A stretch of 64,000 bases of DNA from an uncultured Acidimicrobiia bacterium (GTDB lineage: Bacteria > Actinomycetota > Acidimicrobiia > Spongiisociales > UBA5794). Below the pieces are notes generated by a model. It did no database searches. It saw only the letters and a list, made by a program, of their open reading frames with translations, and had not been told where the DNA came from. The position numbers and the translations under genes are program-made. Every line of letters begins with the position of its first letter. Position 1 is the first letter of the stretch. The DNA lies in the NCBI GenBank assembly GCA_963714375.1, contig CAVQOG010000003.1:297457-361456 (forward strand). The letters run 5' to 3'. This document shows, in pieces, positions 58,704-64,000 of the stretch.

Positions 58704-59375
58704 ATGGAAACGGTCACGAATGGCGTCTATCTGATCTCAAGGGGATCAAACGCGTACATCGTTGATGGGGACGACGGCGTTGTGCTTGTCGACACGGGAA
58801 TGCCAAAGCGCCACGGCGCGATTGTCGAGGGCCTGTCCGACATCGGCCGGTCAGCAAAGGACGTACGCGCCATCCTTCTCACGCACGCCCACTTTGACCA
58901 TTTTGGTGGCGCTGCGGCTCTCAGATCAGCTTCTGACGCTGGCGTGTACGCATCCCACATCGACGCGATGGTCATCAGGGGGGACAAGCCAACCGAGCCC
59001 CCACCGGTATTGGAGAGGCTTCCGTTCATCAGGTCGGTGATGAAGATCATGCCCCAACCGACATCACTCCCGGTGGATCACATCGTTGCTGAGGGATTCG
59101 ATCAGGGCCTGCCCGAAGACTTCACGGCCATCGACACACCGGGCCACACTGAAGGACATCTGTCGTACCTGCTGAACCGTCGCGGTGGTGTCCTCTTTGT
59201 CGGTGATGCCGCGAACAACGCCAAGGGATCGATCAAACGGGGCTGGTTCAACCGATCGACCGACACGATCGACGGAAGCATCCACCATCTCGGCTCGTTC
59301 GACTTCGAGATGGCGGTCTTCGGCCACAGCGGTCCAATCACCTCGAATGCCTCAGCCGCCTTCTCCAGCTACTAG
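58704..59375 (+). CDS. MBL-fold metallo-hydrolase
   Basis: THAHFDHFGG metal-binding motif and later DTPGHTEGH. Confidence 0.8.
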   Translation: METVTNGVYLISRGSNAYIVDGDDGVVLVDTGMPKRHGAIVEGLSDIGRSAKDVRAILLTHAHFDHFGGAAALRSASDAGVYASHIDAMVIRGDKPTEPPPVLERLPFIRSVMKIMPQPTSLPVDHIVAEGFDQGLPEDFTAIDTPGHTEGHLSYLLNRRGGVLFVGDAANNAKGSIKRGWFNRSTDTIDGSIHHLGSFDFEMAVFGHSGPITSNASAAFSSY

Positions 59376-59700
59376 CAATAGGTTTCGTCGGCCTCAGGCG
59401 GCCGAGAGTGAGTTTCAGAAGACAAAGGGCTCGTGTGAAACGGGAAACGCATGCAGGAGCACCCGGATAGCGGCGTCCATGCTCGAGCAACCAACGGCCC
59501 ATCGTGTGGAGGTCGGTGAGCTGCTGATCGGTATCATTGGCCACCGGTTCGCCGAGCCTGACAGCTTTCCCAAGACGCTGGGTCACCTGAGCACAGACGT
59601 ATTCGTCACCGACGACGCACGCTCGGTTTTCTCAGCTGGCGGGTTACCGGTATTGCTCACCCGCGCGGCGGAGCCAGTCAGTTGAAAAGAGAGGATCGTT

Positions 59701-60471
59701 ATGCCGTCACATGAGAACCGTCGTGCGCTGATCACCGGCGCTGGCTCGGGCATCGGCCGAGGTGTCGCCCGCCGGCTGGCAAATGAGGGGGCGGCCGTCG
59801 CCTTGCTTGACGTCAACCAGGAGACCGCGTTCGCCGTCGCCAACGAGATCACCTCAGACGGCGGCACAGCCGTGGCCGTGGCCGCTGACGTACGGGACCG
59901 CAGCGCGGTGCGTGATGCGATTGCGGCCGCTGCTGCTGCGTTGAGCGGCATCGACTATCTGGTCAACAACGCTGGCTTGATCACCATGAGCGCCTTCGAA
60001 GAGACGACGGATGAGGAGTGGGATCTCGTGATGGACGTCAACTGCAAGGGGATGTTCATCGTCACCCAGGAGGCGCTTCCGTACCTGCGTGATGGAGCTG
60101 AGGGTGCGGCAGTGGTGAATCTGTCCACCGTCGAGGCTGAGGTCGTGGTGTCGTCCCAGGGATCATGCCAGGTTCACTACAACGCGTCGAAGGGCGGCGT
60201 AAGGATGTTGACCAAGGCAATGGCGGCGGAATTGTCCCAGTACGGTATCCGGGTAAACGCGGTCGCGCCCGGTCCTGTGGCCACCGGCTTCGTTCCCGGT
60301 CTGAGCCACGACGATGTGGATGTGCGTTCGTTCATGGACGCACGATTGCTGATCAAGCGGTCTGCTACACCAGAGGACATCGCGGCGGCGATCTCCTTCC
60401 TGCTCTCCTCGGACGCATCGTTCATCACCGGTGTCCAGCTTCCCGTCGACGGCGGATGGCTGGTTCGATGA
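59701..60471 (+). CDS. SDR-family oxidoreductase
   Basis: TGAGSGIGRG cofactor motif, NNAG, catalytic YxxxK (YNASK). Confidence 0.9.
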   Translation: MPSHENRRALITGAGSGIGRGVARRLANEGAAVALLDVNQETAFAVANEITSDGGTAVAVAADVRDRSAVRDAIAAAAAALSGIDYLVNNAGLITMSAFEETTDEEWDLVMDVNCKGMFIVTQEALPYLRDGAEGAAVVNLSTVEAEVVVSSQGSCQVHYNASKGGVRMLTKAMAAELSQYGIRVNAVAPGPVATGFVPGLSHDDVDVRSFMDARLLIKRSATPEDIAAAISFLLSSDASFITGVQLPVDGGWLVR

Positions 60472-61817
60472 ATCCCACCGATCGACTCGATCCAATCGAC
60501 CTTGCTGACTTTGACACGGTCATCGTCGCGGGGATCGACATGTACGGAAGGCTGTTCGGCAAGCGAATCCCGGTACGTCGCTGGAAGGACGTCGCCACTG
60601 ACGGGTTGCACGTTTGCACAAGCGTCTATGCGTGGGATGTTGCTCAGGAGCTCGGCACGTTGAAGGTCGACTATGCGGGTAGCCACACGGGCTGGCACGA
60701 TTTTCGACTCGTCCCCGACATTGGAACGCTGCGTCGTGCGGCATGGTTGGAGGCGACCGCCATCGTGCTTGCAGATAGCGTCGAGGAGCACTCCGATGCG
60801 CTCGTTTCAATCGCTCCACGTACCATATTGCGCTCGGCTGTCGACCAGCTTGAGTACCGCTCCTTCGTCGCAACCGAGCTGGAGTTCCACCTGTACAGGG
60901 GCACACCGGTACAGCTGCGCGCGAGCGGTTATCACGATCTCGAACCGACCACAGACGTGCACTGCGACTACAACATCGCCGAAGGTGACCTGTACGGAGC
61001 CTTTTTTGCCAATCTATGCACAATTCTGGACGCATCAGGGGTTCCGGTCGAGGTTGCACAGGTCGAATACGGTCCCGGCCAGTGGGAGATCAACCTCGAG
61101 TACGCCGCTCCGATGGAGATGGCTGACCGACACGCGCTGTTCAAGCACATTGTGCACCACGTCGCCGCAACCAACGGCTTCACCGCCACTTTCATGCCGC
61201 GTCCACTCACCGAGGGCATGGGCAGCTCATGCCACATCCACGTCTCACTCCGCGACAAGGACAACGTCCCACTGTTCTACGACGCGAATGCTGAACACAC
61301 CGTATCCGGGTCGTTGCGCAACGCCGTTGCGGGGATTCTGGACCTTGTACCTGACCTGATGCTGGCCTACGCCCCCACCGTCAACTCCATGCGACGCATC
61401 CTCACCGCCGACTTTGCTGGCAACGGGCTGACGTGGGGCTACGACAACCGCACCACGACGTGCAGGCTCATCACCGGTTCACCCACGACAAACCGCGTCG
61501 AACTGCGCCTCGCCGGAGCCGACGCCAATCCATACCTAGCGCTCGCCGCCGCGCTCGTTTCGACACGCCACGGCATCCAACAGCGCCTCGACCCGGGACC
61601 ACCAGTCAGCGGCGACGGTTATGCGACCGCAGACCTTTCGAATCTGCCAACAACGCTTGGCGACGCCGCTGCTGCCTTTCGGTCCAGCAACGCCGCCCGT
61701 GCCCTGCTCGGCGACGCCGTGGTCGAGCACTACAGCTCGGTCGCCGACCACGAATGGGCGACGTTCCTGCGTGCGGTCAGCGACTGGGACCGCAGCCGAT
61801 ACCTCGACAGCATCTGA
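60468..61817 (+). CDS. glutamine-synthetase-family gamma-glutamyl ligase (GlnA3/PuuA-like)
   Basis: GS catalytic-domain motifs (EYGPGQWEIN, HIHVSL, NRVELR). ATGA overlap with the SDR stop. Confidence 0.85.
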   Translation: MNPTDRLDPIDLADFDTVIVAGIDMYGRLFGKRIPVRRWKDVATDGLHVCTSVYAWDVAQELGTLKVDYAGSHTGWHDFRLVPDIGTLRRAAWLEATAIVLADSVEEHSDALVSIAPRTILRSAVDQLEYRSFVATELEFHLYRGTPVQLRASGYHDLEPTTDVHCDYNIAEGDLYGAFFANLCTILDASGVPVEVAQVEYGPGQWEINLEYAAPMEMADRHALFKHIVHHVAATNGFTATFMPRPLTEGMGSSCHIHVSLRDKDNVPLFYDANAEHTVSGSLRNAVAGILDLVPDLMLAYAPTVNSMRRILTADFAGNGLTWGYDNRTTTCRLITGSPTTNRVELRLAGADANPYLALAAALVSTRHGIQQRLDPGPPVSGDGYATADLSNLPTTLGDAAAAFRSSNAARALLGDAVVEHYSSVADHEWATFLRAVSDWDRSRYLDSI

Positions 61818-61830
61818 TGTACACGCTTGA

Positions 61831-63315
61831 GTGGGCGGTTACCGCCCCGTGACCGTCACGACACCAGGACTCACTACACCTCGACAGCTGATCGATGGCA
61901 CCTGGAGTGTGCCCGCCCACGTGCTCGATCGTCACCTCGTCGATCCTGCGAGCGGCCTCCCCACCCAGCCCCAGGTTGCGTCGTCACTCGCAGATATCGA
62001 CTTGGCGATTGCAGCTGCCTGGCGTGTCCACCGCGCCGATCCACTCGGGATCGGCACACCGCAACAGCGGATCATCGCGCTTGAGGCCGTCGCCGACCAA
62101 CTCGACACGATCGCCCCCCAGCTGGCCGAGCAGGACAGTCTGAACTCGGGCATCCCCATCACTATCACTCGGCTGTTTGCCAGTTCGCTCGGGAGCACTT
62201 TCCGCAGCGCCGCCGCTCGCATCATCGACCTCGCCCCAACCGACCTGTCGAGCGCAGGCCGACGCGTCACCCTCAGCAGGCTCCCAATCGGACCTGCGGC
62301 CGTCCTGGCGCCTTGGAACGCACCCACTGCAATCGCCGCAAAGAAGACGGCGTACGCCTGGGCCGCGGGATGTCCCGTCATCGTCAAGCCATCGCCATGG
62401 TCACCCAGCGGAACAACCCTCCTCGTCAAAGTACTCGAGGAAGCCGCGGCCACAGCCGGGCTATCATATGCTGCTATCCAGCTCGTCCTCGGTGGCGTCG
62501 AGGCTGGCCAGGCACTGGCAGGGGCACGGCAAGTACGGGCGCTCAGCTTCACCGGTAGCCGAGCCGGCGGCCGGGCAGTTGCCGCGGCCACGGCCGCCAA
62601 TGTGCCATCGATCCAGCTGGAACTCGGTAGCAACAACCCCGCTCTGGTCATTTCCGACGCTGATCTTGAGCTAGCCGCAGTCCAACTTGCCGCCGGCATG
62701 ACCAAGCTCAACGGGGCTTGGTGCGAGAGCCCCGGCACCGTCTTTGTGCCTCCCTCGTTGCTTGGGGCACTCGTCGAACGCCTGACCGCAAGGCTGTCTG
62801 AGCTACGGATCGGTCCGCCACTCGATCCGAACGCCCAGTTCGGTCCCCAATCGAACCCTGCGCAGTACGCGACGCTCCAGACGCGTCTTGACCAGTTCAG
62901 CGCTGCGGGGGCTCGCCTCGTGGCCGTTGGGGACATACCACAAGAGGGGCTCTGGATCCCACCTACGCTCGTCATCGACCCACCCCTCAACCTTGCTGCC
63001 GCCGAAACCTTCGGGCCCGTACTCGTACTTCGTACCTGCTTGGACACGTCCACAGCGCTCCTCGAAGCAGCAGAGTTGGAGACCGGACTCGCCGGCTACG
63101 TTTTTACCCGCTCAATCGATGAAGGTCACCGGATCGGACGGCTCCTCCCTGCCGGCGAGATCAAGATCAACGGAACCAGCCTGCTCGATATGAGCGAGCA
63201 ATCGACACAAGCGTTCTGGTACGGCTCTGGCGTGGGTGGACACGGTGATGCCGAGCTACTGCGGTTCTTCACCGGTGCCCGCATCGTTGGTGAGGACATC
63301 GACTCTCCGCTCTAG
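61831..63315 (+). CDS. NAD(P)-dependent aldehyde dehydrogenase
   Basis: ALDH fold with ELGSNNP (catalytic Glu region) and a GAWCESPG-type Cys region. GTG start. Confidence 0.85.
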   Translation: MGGYRPVTVTTPGLTTPRQLIDGTWSVPAHVLDRHLVDPASGLPTQPQVASSLADIDLAIAAAWRVHRADPLGIGTPQQRIIALEAVADQLDTIAPQLAEQDSLNSGIPITITRLFASSLGSTFRSAAARIIDLAPTDLSSAGRRVTLSRLPIGPAAVLAPWNAPTAIAAKKTAYAWAAGCPVIVKPSPWSPSGTTLLVKVLEEAAATAGLSYAAIQLVLGGVEAGQALAGARQVRALSFTGSRAGGRAVAAATAANVPSIQLELGSNNPALVISDADLELAAVQLAAGMTKLNGAWCESPGTVFVPPSLLGALVERLTARLSELRIGPPLDPNAQFGPQSNPAQYATLQTRLDQFSAAGARLVAVGDIPQEGLWIPPTLVIDPPLNLAAAETFGPVLVLRTCLDTSTALLEAAELETGLAGYVFTRSIDEGHRIGRLLPAGEIKINGTSLLDMSEQSTQAFWYGSGVGGHGDAELLRFFTGARIVGEDIDSPL

Positions 63316-63410
63316 GTGAGAGTTGGGTGCCGGGACCGATGATTCGCTGCGTTCACGAGCATTCCGGGTTCTCAGCCGTAGTTGTTGCTCGGGACTCCGT
63401 GGAGTCAGCA

Positions 63411-64000
63411 TCAGCCGGTGGGCTCGTCGGTCCCCAGGTATGCGGCTTGCACACGCGGATCGGCTCTCACCTCTTCGGGGGAACCATGAGCAATGATCTC
63501 GCCCTGATCCAGGACATATATTCGGTCACAGATCGACGTGATGAAATGGAGGTCATGATCGATGACGAGGACACCCGCTCCGATCCATGAGGCGACTTGT
63601 CGAATCTGGTCGACCATGGCCACGGAATCGGCTTCCCACATGCCGGCCGTTGGCTCATCCAACAGCAGGATCTCAGGAGCCAAGGCAGCAGCCCGCACGA
63701 GCTCGAGCTTTCGAGCTGCACCGTAGTTGATGTCACCGGCGCGACTCTCACGGTCATCCCACAGGCCGACGGCGAAGATCAGCGCGTCGGCGTCCGCCAC
63801 AGTGCGGTCCCTTCGGTGACGCGCAGCCACGATCGCGGAAACGGAGATGTTTTCGCGCACGGTGAGGCTCTTGAACAATCTGAGGTTCTGAAACGTTCTG
63901 GCAATACCGAACCTCGCCACTCGAAAGGACGGTAACTCCGCAAGGTCATGGTCGGCCAAGCGCCATGTACCGTCGTTTGGTTGGATCATTCCGGTTATGG
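63411..64000 (-). CDS. ABC transporter ATP-binding protein (LivG-like), 5' end beyond the window
   Basis: Signature and Walker B region visible (LLLDEPTAGM, H-loop). N-terminal half lies past position 64000. Confidence 0.7.
   Translation of the reverse strand, partial: ITGMIQPNDGTWRLADHDLAELPSFRVARFGIARTFQNLRLFKSLTVRENISVSAIVAARHRRDRTVADADALIFAVGLWDDRESRAGDINYGAARKLELVRAAALAPEILLLDEPTAGMWEADSVAMVDQIRQVASWIGAGVLVIDHDLHFITSICDRIYVLDQGEIIAHGSPEEVRADPRVQAAYLGTDEPTG

Noticed and set aside
61932-63053. 373-aa minus-strand ORF
   Set aside because: Antisense to the aldehyde dehydrogenase gene.
1-64000. CRISPR arrays, IS elements, integrases, prophage or toxin-antitoxin modules
   Set aside because: No spaced direct-repeat arrays and no transposase-, integrase- or phage-like ORFs were recognised in any frame.

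Overview
This is a 64-kb high-GC (about 62%) chromosomal window, probably actinobacterial because it carries a WhiB-family gene with the Cys4/GIWGG signature. It contains no CRISPR array, rRNA, transposase or integrase.

The assembly looks draft-quality. At least six genes carry single-position frame disruptions, several at G5/C-runs, so any frameshift-based biology should be treated with caution.

Core content:
- selA (5'-truncated by the window edge) and selB.
- tRNA-Pro(CGG).
- asd-ask.
- A his operon, hisG-hisB-hisH-hisF-[hisA-hisI-hisE fusion]-hisD. It is preceded by a textbook His-codon leader peptide (MRQQTTHVHHHHHPSVVG) and a rho-independent attenuator.
- A thiolase and glpX.
- recR-ybaB, divergent from dnaX.
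- kbl-tdh.
- Two two-component systems.

Accessory content:
- (a) A 5'-deoxynucleotidase, a PhnD/PhnC-type ABC transporter and a dGTPase. The transporter's 806-aa PhnE-like permease has a roughly 350-aa extracytoplasmic domain.
- (b) A patch encoding a membrane protein, dodecin, an M23 peptidase, an acidic DGDG-repeat protein and an eRF1-like (baeRF / host-attachment family) protein.
- (c) An approximately 18-kb catabolic supercluster at 45.2-63.3 kb. It resembles the E. coli ygeX(dpaL)-ygfK-ssnA-xdhD selenium-dependent molybdenum hydroxylase neighbourhood. It is joined to two nitrilase/carbamoylase genes that flank an AT-rich palindromic operator, a CDA-fold deaminase, a second XDH-type enzyme with fused FAD-[2Fe-2S] subunit, and MBL, SDR, glutamine-synthetase-like and ALDH genes. 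This is the best candidate for an undescribed pathway in the window, especially alongside selA-selB.

Repeats: there are two GC-rich repeat families. One is a roughly 50-nt palindromic element present in five copies, four intergenic. The other is a G6/C6-hairpin plus heptamer element; one copy is tandemly duplicated in frame inside dnaX. Several 7-nt microsatellites are also present.
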